Assembly (NCBI GenBank): GCA_040755035.1
Contig: JBFMBU010000115.1
Span: 1 to 57,191 of the forward strand
Direction of reading: 5' to 3'
DNA length: 57,191 nucleotides
Origin: Thermodesulfobacteriota bacterium
GTDB lineage: Bacteria > Desulfobacterota > RBG-13-43-22
Part shown: piece after piece, positions 9,164 to 19,279 of the stretch
How positions within the stretch are numbered: position 1 is the first letter of the stretch
Layout of the letters: each line of letters starts with the position of its first letter
The notes under the pieces: generated by a model
What the model saw: only the letters and a program-made list of their open reading frames with translations
Databases searched by the model: none
Told to the model about the DNA's origin: nothing
Translations under genes and position numbers: made by a program

Positions 9164-9449
9164 GAAATAATGGAAAGACTAACAAAATCTTTGACTCAAT
9201 AAAGTATAAAGGGGAAAATTTGTCAAGGGGTTATTTATTTTAAACTTGTATGAATGGCAGTTATCTATATTTTTTCAGCAACCCGGTTCAAACCAGGAGA
9301 TCAGGGAAGACCCATAAGCCGATGTCTCTTGGGAAAACCGATTCGGGTTCGGCCAAAGAATCCTTTACTTTTTCCGTATGATTTTATATTATTTTTAACT
9401 TTAGTCTGTTGTATCCGAAAAATGGGACCAAGGGGGAGAGGAAGACCTT

Positions 9450-9761
9450 ATGAAAAATTTAGGCAATATCATGAATCAGGCCAAGATGATGCAGAACCGT
9501 CTGGCCCAGATTCAGGAGGAAATGGGCAATAAAACCGTTGAGGCCTCTTCCGGAGGAGGGATGGTGTCGGTAACCGCCAATGGGCGGCAGGAGATCTTAG
9601 CCATTAAAATAGAGCCCGAGGTCGTTAATCCGGCGGATGTGGAGATGCTTCAGGACCTGGTTCAAGCCGCGGTCAATGACGCCTTGCGCAAGGCCCAGGA
9701 CCTGATGGCCCAGGAAATGGCCAAGGTGACCGGCGGGATCAAAATCCCTGGTCTTTTTTAA
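9450..9761 (+). CDS. ybaB: YbaB/EbfC nucleoid-associated protein
   Basis: MNQAKMMQ, VEASSGGGMV and DVEMLQDLVQAAVNDAL motifs, immediately upstream of recR. Confidence 0.95.
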   Translation: MKNLGNIMNQAKMMQNRLAQIQEEMGNKTVEASSGGGMVSVTANGRQEILAIKIEPEVVNPADVEMLQDLVQAAVNDALRKAQDLMAQEMAKVTGGIKIPGLF

Positions 9762-9763
9762 CC

Positions 9764-10375
9764 GTGGGCACGACCTTATACCCGCCTCCGCTGGCCCGTC
9801 TGATCGCTTCCCTTTCCCGTCTTCCCGGGCTGGGGGAGAAAACGGCTACCCGGCTGGCTTTGCATATATTAAGGCGTCCCCAGGCTGAAGTAGCCGAACT
9901 GGCCCGCACCCTGACCGACGTCAAGGAAAAGATACGTTCCTGCTCTATTTGTTTCAATCTGACCGAAGAAGATCCCTGTCCCTTTTGCCGAAATCAAGGT
10001 CGGGAATCGGGCCTCCTTTGTGTGGTGGAAGGCCCGGGAGACCTTCTGGCCCTGGAAAAAGCCGGAGGATTCAGGGGGAAATATCATGTCCTGCAGGGCA
10101 CGCTTTCTCCCATCGACGGGGTCGGTCCTCGGGATCTCCGTATCCGGGAATTAATGGAACGGCTGGATCAGGAACCCATCACGGAGGTTGTTCTGGCCGT
10201 CAACCCCACCGCGGAAGGGGAGGCCACCGTCTCTTTTTTACTGGAACAAATCCGAAACAGGAAGCCGGAAATACGGTTGACACGGATCGCCTATGGGATT
10301 CCCATGGGCGGGGATATAAAATATATGGACAACTGGACCATCAAAACGGCTTTGGAAAGCAGGAGGGATGCGTAG
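9764..10375 (+). CDS. recR: Recombination mediator RecR
   Basis: LPGLGEKTATRLA, CSICFNLTEEDPCPFC zinc finger, YHVLQGTLSPIDG, NPTAEGEAT and IAYGIPMGG. Confidence 0.97.
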   Translation: MGTTLYPPPLARLIASLSRLPGLGEKTATRLALHILRRPQAEVAELARTLTDVKEKIRSCSICFNLTEEDPCPFCRNQGRESGLLCVVEGPGDLLALEKAGGFRGKYHVLQGTLSPIDGVGPRDLRIRELMERLDQEPITEVVLAVNPTAEGEATVSFLLEQIRNRKPEIRLTRIAYGIPMGGDIKYMDNWTIKTALESRRDA

Positions 10376-10379
10376 TATC

Positions 10380-12056
10380 ATGACCGCAGGTTTGAAAAAA
10401 GGGTCGGAAATTATAGTCGAGGTTTTGAGGGATGAAAATGTGGATGTCCTTTTCGGATTTCCGGGAGGAGCGGTTATTCCTTTATATGACGCCCTTTACG
10501 GATGTCCTATCCGGCACATCCTCACCCGTCATGAACAGGGGGCGGCCCATGCCGCCGACGGGTACGCCCGGGCCACGGGCAAAGTAGGGGTTTGTATTGC
10601 CACCTCCGGACCCGGCGCAACCAATTTGGTCACCGGCTTAGCCAACGCCTATATGGATTCCGTCCCCTTGGTGGCCTTAACCGGTCAGGTGGCCACTTCC
10701 CTGATCGGTAACGACAGTTTTCAGGAGGCCGATATTTACGGCATCTCCATCCCCGTCACCAAATATAATTATCTGGTTAAAGATATCAATGACCTGGCCC
10801 GAACCTTAAAGGAAGCCTTTTATATCGCCCGGACCGGTCGTCCGGGGCCGGTACTGATCGACCTGCCCAAGGACATCCAGGAAGGGCGGACAAAATACAA
10901 ACCGGTCAAGGAAGTTCAGATCCCCAGTTATCACCCGACGGTCAAGGGGCATCCCAAACAAATCGAAGCCATGCTGCGGGCCTTGAAGGAAGCCGAAAGA
11001 CCGGTAGCCTATGTGGGGGGTGGGGTCATTTCCGCCAATGCCACGGAGGAACTGACCGCTTTTATCCGATCGGCCAATATTCCCATCACCACTACGCTTA
11101 TGGGCAAGGGGAGCTTCCCGGAAGACGATCCGCTTTATTTAGGGATGCTCGGGATGCACGGCACCCGTTATGCCAATTATGCCGTTTTTCACGCAGATTT
11201 GATTCTGGCCCTGGGGGCGCGCTTTGACGACCGGGTAGCCGGAGATGTAAAAAAATTCGCCCCCCAGGCCAAGATCATCCATGTCGACATCGATCCGGCG
11301 GAAATAGGAAAAAGGGTCAATATCGATATCCCTATCGTTGGAGACTTGAAAACCGTATTGGGGCAGATACGTGGAAAAACAAAGGGGGGAGAACGGAAAA
11401 GATGGCTGGAAAGGATCAACCAGTGGAAGGCGGAATACCCTTTAGCCTATCAAAAAGAAGGGGAACTCAAACCCCAATATATTTTGGAATGTATCAATAC
11501 CATCCGGGATCGCGACCTGATCGTGGCCACTGATGTTGGGCAGCATCAGATGTGGGCCGCCCAGTATGTGACCACCCGGAAACCCCGCTCCTTTATCACC
11601 TCCGGCGGTTTGGGGACCATGGGTTATGGTTTTCCGGCAGCCATCGGCGCCCAGGTGGGTTGTCCGGACAAGACCGTGATCCTGGTTTCCGGAGACGGCA
11701 GTTTCCAGATGAATATTCAGGAACTGGCCACGGCCCGGACCTACAATATAGCGGTTAAAATTTGTTTGTTCAATAACGGTTATCTGGGCATGGTCCGTCA
11801 ATGGCAGGAACTGTTTTGCGAAAAGCGCTATTCCCAGACCCATTTTGAGTTCAACCCCGATTTCGTCAAAGTGGCCGAAGGTTACGGCATTCAAGGTCAA
11901 ATCGTTTATAAAACAGAGGAGGTCCTGCCGGCTTTGGAAAAAGCCCTCTCGGTCCCGGAACCCTATTTGCTCGATTTCCGGGTGGCCCCGGAGGAAAACG
12001 TGATTCCCATGGTTCCGGCCGGTAAGGGGATCAGTGAATTTATGGATGTAAATTAA
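10380..12056 (+). CDS. ilvB: Acetolactate synthase large subunit (biosynthetic)
   Basis: FGFPGGAV, RHEQGAAHAADGYAR, TSGPGATN, DVGQHQMW and the GDGSFQMN ThDP motif. The start is 10380 or 10368. Confidence 0.96.
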   Translation: MTAGLKKGSEIIVEVLRDENVDVLFGFPGGAVIPLYDALYGCPIRHILTRHEQGAAHAADGYARATGKVGVCIATSGPGATNLVTGLANAYMDSVPLVALTGQVATSLIGNDSFQEADIYGISIPVTKYNYLVKDINDLARTLKEAFYIARTGRPGPVLIDLPKDIQEGRTKYKPVKEVQIPSYHPTVKGHPKQIEAMLRALKEAERPVAYVGGGVISANATEELTAFIRSANIPITTTLMGKGSFPEDDPLYLGMLGMHGTRYANYAVFHADLILALGARFDDRVAGDVKKFAPQAKIIHVDIDPAEIGKRVNIDIPIVGDLKTVLGQIRGKTKGGERKRWLERINQWKAEYPLAYQKEGELKPQYILECINTIRDRDLIVATDVGQHQMWAAQYVTTRKPRSFITSGGLGTMGYGFPAAIGAQVGCPDKTVILVSGDGSFQMNIQELATARTYNIAVKICLFNNGYLGMVRQWQELFCEKRYSQTHFEFNPDFVKVAEGYGIQGQIVYKTEEVLPALEKALSVPEPYLLDFRVAPEENVIPMVPAGKGISEFMDVN

Positions 12057-12077
12057 AAAAAATTAGAGGATGGTAAA

Positions 12078-12584
12078 ATGCGCCAGGTCGTTTCCGTTTT
12101 GGTTCGCAATCACCCCGGGGTCCTGTCCCACGTGGCCGGCCTCTTCGCCCGTCGGGCCTATAACATTGAGAGCATCGTAGCCGGGATCACCGAGCGTCCG
12201 GACATCACCCGCATCACCTTGGTGGTGACCGGGGATGAGGCCATATTAGAGCAGGTTAATAAACAACTCCGAAAATTGATCGATGTTATCGGAGTCATCG
12301 ATTTAAAATATTCCCAGTCCATCACCCGGGAACTGATCCTGATGACCGTCTTCCTTCCTCCGGAAAAACGGGTGGAATTGATTCAGGTGGCCAATTCCTT
12401 CGGGGCCACTATCGTCGATATCTCGGATCAAACCGCCACCCTGGAGTTTTCCGGCAACGAACGCCGGATCAATACCCTGCTAATGGCCCTGGCGCCCTTC
12501 AAGATCAAGGAGATCGCCCGGACCGGATTGATTGCTCTGCCCCTGGAGAGCGTTGTCAGCGACAGCCGGGAATTTTTGGCTTAA
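12078..12584 (+). CDS. ilvN: Acetolactate synthase small (ACT) subunit
   Basis: VRNHPGVLSHVAGLFARRAYNIES, EQVNKQLRKLIDV and EIARTG. Follows ilvB. Confidence 0.95.
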   Translation: MRQVVSVLVRNHPGVLSHVAGLFARRAYNIESIVAGITERPDITRITLVVTGDEAILEQVNKQLRKLIDVIGVIDLKYSQSITRELILMTVFLPPEKRVELIQVANSFGATIVDISDQTATLEFSGNERRINTLLMALAPFKIKEIARTGLIALPLESVVSDSREFLA

Positions 12585-12679
12585 GAAGAAGCCACTTTGT
12601 TCTTGACATCCCATTTTTTCTTATGCTAAAAAGATTACTTTTGTAAAAAATCCTCTGAGGATCGTTAAGGAATACTAAA

Positions 12680-13228
12680 ATGATCGAAGTTCGATTTCAT
12701 GGGCGAGGCGGTCAAGGAGCCGTAACCTCAGCCGAATTGATAGCTTTGGCGGCTATTGAGGAAGGGCAATATGCCCAGGCTTTCCCCCTTTTTGGCCCGG
12801 AACGCCGCGGCGCACCGGTAGTGGCTTTTTTACGGGTCAGTTCTTCCCCGATTCGTATCCGTTCCAAAGTCTACGAACCGGATATCGTAGTGGTGCTCGA
12901 TCCGACCTTATTAGATATTGTGGATGTTTCCGCCGGTTTGAAAGCCCAGGGGACTCTGGTTATAAATTCGGCTAAATCCCTGGCGCAGCTTCGGGAAGTC
13001 ATCGGATTTAAGGGCCGGATGGCCCTGGTGGACGCCGGCAAGATCGCCATGGAAGAGATGAACGTACCCATTACCAATACCACCATGCTGGGGGCCTTGA
13101 TCCGGGCCGCCGGAATTACCTCTTTGTCGTCCATGGAACAGCCCTTGAATAAACGTTTTGGGAAGATCGCCGAAAGAAATAAAAAGGCCATGAAAAGGGC
13201 CTATGAAGAGACTATGATCAAGGAGTAA
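12680..13228 (+). CDS. porC: Pyruvate/2-oxoacid:ferredoxin oxidoreductase gamma subunit
   Basis: EVRFHGRGGQGAVT, FGPERRGAPV and NTTMLGA. Confidence 0.92.
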   Translation: MIEVRFHGRGGQGAVTSAELIALAAIEEGQYAQAFPLFGPERRGAPVVAFLRVSSSPIRIRSKVYEPDIVVVLDPTLLDIVDVSAGLKAQGTLVINSAKSLAQLREVIGFKGRMALVDAGKIAMEEMNVPITNTTMLGALIRAAGITSLSSMEQPLNKRFGKIAERNKKAMKRAYEETMIKE

Positions 13229-13233
13229 ACAGC

Positions 13234-13530
13234 GTGGCAAAAATAGAGGCCCTTCACCCCTGGAAAGAAGTCCCTTTGGGTTGCGCCATCCCGGAAGCCG
13301 GAAATGCCAGACAATTCAAGACCGGTGACTGGCGTTCCAATTTCCGTCCCCGGACCGACTATGAAAAATGCATCAAATGCGGATTCTGTTGGATCTATTG
13401 TCCGGATATGGCCTACAGCCTGAGGGAAGACGGTTATTATGACTGGAACGGCAATTATTGCAAGGGATGCGGAATTTGCGCCCGGGAGTGTCCTAAAGAG
13501 GCCATTCAAATGATTTCGGAGGAACAATAA
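13234..13530 (+). CDS. porD: Pyruvate/2-oxoacid:ferredoxin oxidoreductase delta subunit
   Basis: KTGDWR and two CxxCxxCxxxCP ferredoxin motifs. Confidence 0.93.
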   Translation: MAKIEALHPWKEVPLGCAIPEAGNARQFKTGDWRSNFRPRTDYEKCIKCGFCWIYCPDMAYSLREDGYYDWNGNYCKGCGICARECPKEAIQMISEEQ

Positions 13531-13532
13531 TT

Positions 13533-14711
13533 ATGTCCGGTCGAAAAGGGATGGAGGTTTCCATCGCCGTTGCCGAGGCCGTTAAGTTGGCCAATGCAGA
13601 TGTTATCGCCGCTTATCCCATAACCCCTCAAACCCATATCGTGGAACACCTTTCCGAACTGGTGGCTGATGGGGAGCTGAAAGCCGCCTTTGTCCCGGTG
13701 GAATCGGAACACTCGGCCCTGAGTGCGGCCATGGGAGCGGCTGCGGTGGGGGCCCGGGCCTATACCGCTACCGCCTCCCAGGGGCTGGCTTTGATGCACG
13801 AAATAATGTTTATTACCTCCAGTATCCGTCTCCCACTGGTGATGACCGTGGTCAATCGGGCCCTTTCAGCCCCTATCAATATCTGGAATGATTTGAGCGA
13901 TATTATGGCCGAACGGGATTGCGGATGGATTCAACTTTTCGCCATCAACGGTCAGGAGGCTGTGGACTTGACTCTTCAAGCCTTTAAAATCGCAGAAGAT
14001 CCCCGGGTGCTGCTTCCGGTAGCCGTCAATCTGGATGGCTTTATTCTAAGTCATGTCATAGAACCGGTGGATATGCCGGAGCAGGAAATGGTCGATCGAT
14101 TTCTGCCGGTTTTTAAACCCACCCTGCGTCTTGACCCGGATAATCCTGTTACTATCGGCGCCTTCGGCAGTCCCGATGTCTTCATCGAAGTCAAAAAACA
14201 AATTGAAGAGGCTTTAATCGGGTCTCAAAAGGTGGTGGCCGAGGTCTGGAAGGATTTCGAAAAACAGTTCGGTCGAACCTATAAACCGGTGGAGAGTTAT
14301 AAGACCAAGGGGGCGGAGACCCTGCTGGTGACCATGGGCAGTATTTCCGAAACAGCTATGACCGCTGTAGATGTCATGCGGGAAAAAGGACAGAAGGTGG
14401 GTCTGATCCACATTCGCCTCTGGCGCCCCTTTCCCTTTAAGGAGTTTTTCCAGGCCATCCGGGAGGCCAAAGTGCTGGCTGTGGTAGACCGGGCCCTGTC
14501 CCCGGGCGGGCCGGGAGGGCCGGTAGGGTTGGAAATCAAATCCGCTCTCTTTGATAAAAAAGAGCACCCCTATGTGGCCGAATTTGTGGCCGGTTTGGGG
14601 GGGCGGGATCTGACCGTGGAGGTCTTTTCCGAGATGTCGGCCAAGGCCGAAAAATATGCCAAATCAGGCAAAGAAATGCGCTATGAAATGATCGGGGTAC
14701 GTGAGAAATGA
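13533..14711 (+). CDS. porA: Pyruvate/2-oxoacid:ferredoxin oxidoreductase alpha subunit
   Basis: AAYPITPQT, VESEHSA, TATASQGL and NRALSAPINIWND. Confidence 0.94.
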   Translation: MSGRKGMEVSIAVAEAVKLANADVIAAYPITPQTHIVEHLSELVADGELKAAFVPVESEHSALSAAMGAAAVGARAYTATASQGLALMHEIMFITSSIRLPLVMTVVNRALSAPINIWNDLSDIMAERDCGWIQLFAINGQEAVDLTLQAFKIAEDPRVLLPVAVNLDGFILSHVIEPVDMPEQEMVDRFLPVFKPTLRLDPDNPVTIGAFGSPDVFIEVKKQIEEALIGSQKVVAEVWKDFEKQFGRTYKPVESYKTKGAETLLVTMGSISETAMTAVDVMREKGQKVGLIHIRLWRPFPFKEFFQAIREAKVLAVVDRALSPGGPGGPVGLEIKSALFDKKEHPYVAEFVAGLGGRDLTVEVFSEMSAKAEKYAKSGKEMRYEMIGVREK

Positions 14712-15682
14712 TTGCTGAAGACTTGAAGGATTTTAAAAGATTTACCCCCAAGACTCTGCCTCAAGAAGAACCTTTTGTCTTCGGACATCGGGCCTGCCAG
14801 GGGTGCGGTGAGGTCTTGGCTTTAAGACTGGTGGCCAAAGCTATCGGCAGCCCCATGATTGTGGTCAGTGCCACGGGCTGTATGGAGATCATCTCTTCTC
14901 CCTATCCACAGACTGCCTGGGCCGTACCCTGGATTCATGTAGCCTTTGAGAACACCGCCGCCGTCGCCTCCGGTATAGAGGTGGGGTTGAAAACCTTAAT
15001 GGCCAAAGGGAGAATTCCGGAGAAGAAGATAGCTGTCGTGGCCTTTGCCGGGGATGGCGGAACAGCCGATATCGGTCTTCAGTCTCTTTCCGGGGCTATG
15101 GAACGGGGGCATGATTTCGTTTATGTCTGTCTGGATAACGAGGCCTATATGAATACGGGGATCCAACGATCCAGCTCCACCCCTTACGGGGCCATGACCA
15201 CTACCTCACCGGCCGGCAAAATGACCCCCGGGCAGACCACCTGGAAAAAAAATCTGGCGGCTATCATAGCCGCCCATAATGTACCCTATGTGGCCACGGC
15301 TTCTCCGGCCTACCATCTGGATCTGATGAATAAGGCTAAAAAGGCGGCTATGATCAAAGGCCCGGCCTATCTCCATGTCTATTCCCCCTGCCCTACGGGT
15401 TGGAGGCATGGTACCGATCTGGCGATTGAAGTCAGCCGGCTGGTAGTGGAAACCAACATCTTCCCTTTGTTCGAAGTCATCGAAGGCAATTACGTGGTCC
15501 GTAAGAACAACAGACCCAAAGCGGTGGAAGACTATTTAAAAGGACAACGCCGGTTCAGCCATCTGACCCCGGAACTGATTCAAACTATCCAGAAACGGGT
15601 GAACGAGGAATATGAGCGGTTGTTAAAATTGGAGGGATTGTCCGCAGCAGCAGAGTCAAAAACAGACCCTAAAGAAGAATAA
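14708..15682 (+). CDS. porB: Pyruvate/2-oxoacid:ferredoxin oxidoreductase beta subunit
   Basis: GHRACQGCG, GDGGTADIG, DNEAYMNTGIQRS and PCPTGW. Confidence 0.94.
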   Translation: MIAEDLKDFKRFTPKTLPQEEPFVFGHRACQGCGEVLALRLVAKAIGSPMIVVSATGCMEIISSPYPQTAWAVPWIHVAFENTAAVASGIEVGLKTLMAKGRIPEKKIAVVAFAGDGGTADIGLQSLSGAMERGHDFVYVCLDNEAYMNTGIQRSSSTPYGAMTTTSPAGKMTPGQTTWKKNLAAIIAAHNVPYVATASPAYHLDLMNKAKKAAMIKGPAYLHVYSPCPTGWRHGTDLAIEVSRLVVETNIFPLFEVIEGNYVVRKNNRPKAVEDYLKGQRRFSHLTPELIQTIQKRVNEEYERLLKLEGLSAAAESKTDPKEE

Positions 15683-15753
15683 TTTGATTTAGAAACGGTT
15701 TTGCGTTATATTCCATTCCGCAATCCGCAATCTAACATCAGAAATTACTATAT

Positions 15754-15829
15754 TCCCCGGTAGCTCAGTCGGTAGAGCGGGTGGCTGTTAACCACTTGGT
15801 CGGCGGTTCGAGTCCGTCCCGGGGAGCCA
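15754..15829 (+). tRNA. tRNA-Asn (GTT)
   Basis: 76-nt cloverleaf: acceptor TCCCCGG/CCGGGGA, D arm TAGCTCAGTCGGTAGAGC, anticodon loop CT-GTT-AA, GGTTCGAGTCC T arm, encoded CCA. Confidence 0.97.
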
Positions 15830-15840
15830 GAAAAAAAATG

Positions 15841-15868
15841 AGGCCCGTTCGTTTAGATCGGGCCTTTT
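15841..15868 (+). terminator. Intrinsic terminator after tRNA-Asn
   Basis: AGGCCCG...CGGGCCT stem followed by a T run. Confidence 0.7.
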
Positions 15869-15891
15869 CTTTAGGAGCCCAATACTTAAAA

Positions 15892-16100
15892 GGGGACACT
15901 TCCCATAGTTATTGACATCGCCCTGTAGTTGAGATAGGGATATTGCAGGCCAGGAATAGCACGGGTATGGGTTGTAAATTATCCGCATCATGTTACCCGG
16001 CGAGGGAACAATAAGGAGATGGAACAACTGATTGAGGATTTTGAAAAGTTTGAAATGGAAATCACAGGCCAAGGGGAACAGGAAAAATGGCATGCCCTGG
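15892..16100 (+). pseudogene. Decayed, internally deleted RAYT/Y1-transposase element remnant
   Basis: GGGGACAC end motif, then TTGACA (15912). The frame from 15947 reads (AGG for ATG)-PGIARVWVVNYPHHVTRRGNNKE, resembling the RAYT N-terminus MPRxAR...PHHxTxRGN. No HUH core follows. Confidence 0.65.
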
Positions 16101-16158
16101 TCCACGAAAAATTGAGACCTATCCGTTTACCAGGCAATCATTTAAAAGGAGGCCCGCT

Positions 16159-17586
16159 ATGCAACTAAGCCCTAAGACCAAAGTGGATGAACTGCTTTCC
16201 GCCTACCCCTTTTTGAAAGATTTTTTAATTCAACTGAATCCCCATTTCAAGGCCTTGGACAATCCCTTGGTCAGAAAAACCCTGGGGAGGGTAGCCACCT
16301 TGAGTAAAGCGGCCATGATCGGAGGGATGGATCTCGATACCCTGATGAAGGCCGTGGCCCGGGAGATAGAAAAAGAGACCGGCCAGGAGATCAGCGTCGA
16401 AGTCCTTGTAAAGAGCCCGGTCCCCACCGGTTCAGAGGATCGTATAGCGGCCCTGAAGGAAATCATCAAAGACCTTCATAAGGGCGAAGACCTCAAGGTG
16501 TTGAAACAACGGTTCCTGGAGCTGGTCAAAGACGTGGCCCCTTCGGAAATCGCCCAGATGGAGCAACAGTTGATCAGCGAGGGGATGCCGGAAGAAGAAG
16601 TGAAGAGACTCTGCGATGTCCACGTGGAGGTCTTCAAAGAATCGCTGGAGGAAAAAACCGTTCCCGGTCTGCCGGCCGGTCATCCGGTGCATACCTTTAT
16701 GCTTGAAAACCGTCGGGCCGAGGGCTTCATCAGGCAGATTCAGGCCCTGCACGATATCCAAAAAGAAAAAGATATATTCCTGTCCCTCCTGGAACAGCTC
16801 TCCTCCATCCAGATTCACTATCTGAGAAAGGAAAATCAGCTTTTTCCCATACTCGAGGACCGCGGGATTTCCGGCCCCTCCAAGGTAATGTGGGCCATCG
16901 ATGACGATATCCGGGCCTTGTTGAAGGAGGTCACGGAAAAAACCAAGGCCGGGACGGTAGCCTTGGAAGAAGTAAAAAAACTGATCCAGATGGTAAACGA
17001 TATGATTTACAAAGAGGACCATATCCTTTTCCCCATGGCCTTGGAAACGCTGGTGGAAGAGGAATGGCAGCGGGTCAAGCACGGCGAAGAGGAAATCGGC
17101 TTTGCCTGGCTCGAATCGGTGGAAAAATGGAGTCCCTTCGAAGAGGCCTATCAGGAAAAGCTTCCTCAGGACAAGGTCGGCAGCCTGGCTTTGGATACCG
17201 GGATGCTATCCCCGGAGCAGATCAATCTTCTCCTGACTCATCTGCCGCTGGATATTTCTTTTGTCGATGAAGACGATAAGGTGGCCTACTATTCAGCGAC
17301 AGAAGACAGGATATTCCCCAGGAGCCCCGGGGTGATCGGCCGGACGGTCCAGAATTGTCATCCGCCGAAAAGTGTTCATATTGTGGAGAAGATACTCCAG
17401 GAATTCAAGGACGGCCGGAAGGACAGCGCCGATTTCCATATCCAGCTCAAAGGGCGTTTTATTCAGATTCGTTATTTTGCCGTCCGAGACGGCAAAGGCC
17501 AATACAAAGGGACCCTTGAAGTCAGCCAGGATGTCACCTCCATCAGAATGCTTGAGGGGGAAAAAAGACTGCTGGATTGGGAATGA
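16159..17586 (+). CDS. DUF438-family protein (DUF1858 + DUF438 + hemerythrin-like + PAS domains)
   Basis: AGGAGG RBS before ATG 16159. Motifs EIAQMEQQLI..CDVH, GHPVHTFMLEN, HYLRKENQLFP, MIYKEDHILFP, and the PAS segment RIFPRSPGVIGRTVQNCHPPKS. Confidence 0.9.
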   Translation: MQLSPKTKVDELLSAYPFLKDFLIQLNPHFKALDNPLVRKTLGRVATLSKAAMIGGMDLDTLMKAVAREIEKETGQEISVEVLVKSPVPTGSEDRIAALKEIIKDLHKGEDLKVLKQRFLELVKDVAPSEIAQMEQQLISEGMPEEEVKRLCDVHVEVFKESLEEKTVPGLPAGHPVHTFMLENRRAEGFIRQIQALHDIQKEKDIFLSLLEQLSSIQIHYLRKENQLFPILEDRGISGPSKVMWAIDDDIRALLKEVTEKTKAGTVALEEVKKLIQMVNDMIYKEDHILFPMALETLVEEEWQRVKHGEEEIGFAWLESVEKWSPFEEAYQEKLPQDKVGSLALDTGMLSPEQINLLLTHLPLDISFVDEDDKVAYYSATEDRIFPRSPGVIGRTVQNCHPPKSVHIVEKILQEFKDGRKDSADFHIQLKGRFIQIRYFAVRDGKGQYKGTLEVSQDVTSIRMLEGEKRLLDWE

Positions 17587-17619
17587 GCAGGGTTTTCATT
17601 GCCCGAAGGGCCTGACGGT

Positions 17620-17646
17620 AGGAGGAAGACAAGTCGTCTTCCTCCT
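17620..17646. terminator. Hairpin between the convergent DUF438 and fprA genes
   Basis: Perfect 11-bp stem AGGAGGAAGAC/GTCTTCCTCCT with a 5-nt loop and no strong U tract. Confidence 0.5.
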
Positions 17647-17765
17647 GTCCCGCCTTTGTCGGTGGCAAAAAAGGATTTTTCCGTTTTTAATAAAACTAAA
17701 CTGATACGGATAAAGGAGTCAGGATTCCGAATCAGGAATTTCTCCTATCTTTTAGATAACCAGGG

Positions 17766-18953
17766 TTATCCCTTGGCCGCCACGGTATTGCCGAAGGCCA
17801 GGGCTTGTGCTAATTCTTCATCACTCGGCTGCCACATCGCTTTCAGCCCCTCTCCGATTAATTCAAATCCGGCCTTTGATAAATGATCGTTCAGGATGTT
17901 TACACTCTCCCCGCTCCAGCCGTAGCAGCCGAAGGCCGCGGCTTTTTTGTTTTTAAACTTCAGACCGGTTATCATTTCGATCAGCGTGGCCATAGCCGAA
18001 AGGATCCCTTTATTGATGGTCGGGGAGCCCAATAGAATCATCCTGGACTTGAAGATCTCGGTGATCACATCGTTGATGTCACTGCGGGAGACATTAAAGA
18101 GCTTGACCGTCACCCGGGCGTCTTTTTGCTTAATGCCTTTGGCGATGGTCTCCGCCAGCTTCCTGGTGCCGTTCCACATGGTATCGTAAATGATGGTGAT
18201 CTGATTTTCCTGGAAATCCGCGGCCCATTCCAGGTATTTTTGGGCGATTTGCAGCGGGTTGTTTCGCCAGATCACCCCGTGGCTGGGACAGATGGCATTG
18301 ACCGGCAGGTTCAAACCAACCACTTCATTGATTTTTTTTGTAACCAGGGGGGAGAATGGGGTAAGAATATTGGCATAATATTTTATCGCTTCCTCAAAAA
18401 GCTCCGATTGAACAACCAGATCATTGAAGAGGTGTTCGCTGGCAATATGCTGACCGAAGGCGTCGTTGGAAAACAGGATAGCGTCATCGGTCAGATATTC
18501 CATCATGGAATCCGGCCAATGGAGCATCATGGCCTCGACAAAGACCAGATCTTTTTTCCCCAGGGACAGCTTGTCGCCGGTTTTGACCACATGGAAGTCC
18601 CAGTCCTGATGATAATGGCCCTTGAGCGATTTGACACCGTTGGCGGTGCAATAGACCGGTTTGTCGGGAATTCGGCGCATCAGCTCCGGCAAGGCCCCGG
18701 AATGATCCATTTCGGCATGATTGGCGATGACATAGTCGATCTTATTGAGATCAATTTCCTTTTCTAAGTTGGCCACAAACTCTTTGGCAAAGGGCATCCA
18801 GACCGTATCGATGAGCGCGATCTTTTCATCCCGGACCAGATAGGCATTATAGGACGTGCCGCGATGAGTTGAATATTCCTCGCCATGAAACTTGCGCAGT
18901 TCCCAATCAATTTTGCCCACCCAGTGGACGTTAGGCGTGATTTCAAATTTCAT
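17766..18953 (-). CDS. fprA: Flavodiiron protein (FprA/NorV-type NO/O2 reductase; metallo-beta-lactamase + flavodoxin domains)
   Basis: GTSYNAY, NHAEMDHSG, HWPDSM, SNDAFGQH, PSHG, YDTMWNGT and FGCYGWSGE. The start is set at MKFEIT (18953) after a GAGG RBS. Confidence 0.93.
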   Translation of the reverse strand: MKFEITPNVHWVGKIDWELRKFHGEEYSTHRGTSYNAYLVRDEKIALIDTVWMPFAKEFVANLEKEIDLNKIDYVIANHAEMDHSGALPELMRRIPDKPVYCTANGVKSLKGHYHQDWDFHVVKTGDKLSLGKKDLVFVEAMMLHWPDSMMEYLTDDAILFSNDAFGQHIASEHLFNDLVVQSELFEEAIKYYANILTPFSPLVTKKINEVVGLNLPVNAICPSHGVIWRNNPLQIAQKYLEWAADFQENQITIIYDTMWNGTRKLAETIAKGIKQKDARVTVKLFNVSRSDINDVITEIFKSRMILLGSPTINKGILSAMATLIEMITGLKFKNKKAAAFGCYGWSGESVNILNDHLSKAGFELIGEGLKAMWQPSDEELAQALAFGNTVAAKG

Positions 18954-19279
18954 AAGGCACCTCTTTCTTTTGGGTTTATTTATCTCAGTCTCTTTGTTAA
19001 ATTTCCAATTCGGAAGGATCCCAATTCTTCGAAAAAGTATAGGAAAAGAAAAAGAGGCGGTCAAGGAGAAAATTAGCGGAGGTCAGGTTAAAGGGACTGC
19101 AGTTTGGAGCAAAGGGGCAAGGAAATTTCAGAAATTTAATGGGGTAACTATCTCCAGGTAAGGTTCAAGGGCTAAGGTTTAAGGCCAAAACCATGCAACT
19201 TAAAGCGGGGTTGGGGGATGGATACTTGGTCCGATTTGTGGCCAATTTCTCCAAGTCCCGCCAACCCGAGGCAAAGGGA

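Noticed and set aside
15788-16105. 105-aa minus-strand ORF
   Set aside because: It overlaps tRNA-Asn antisense and its terminator.
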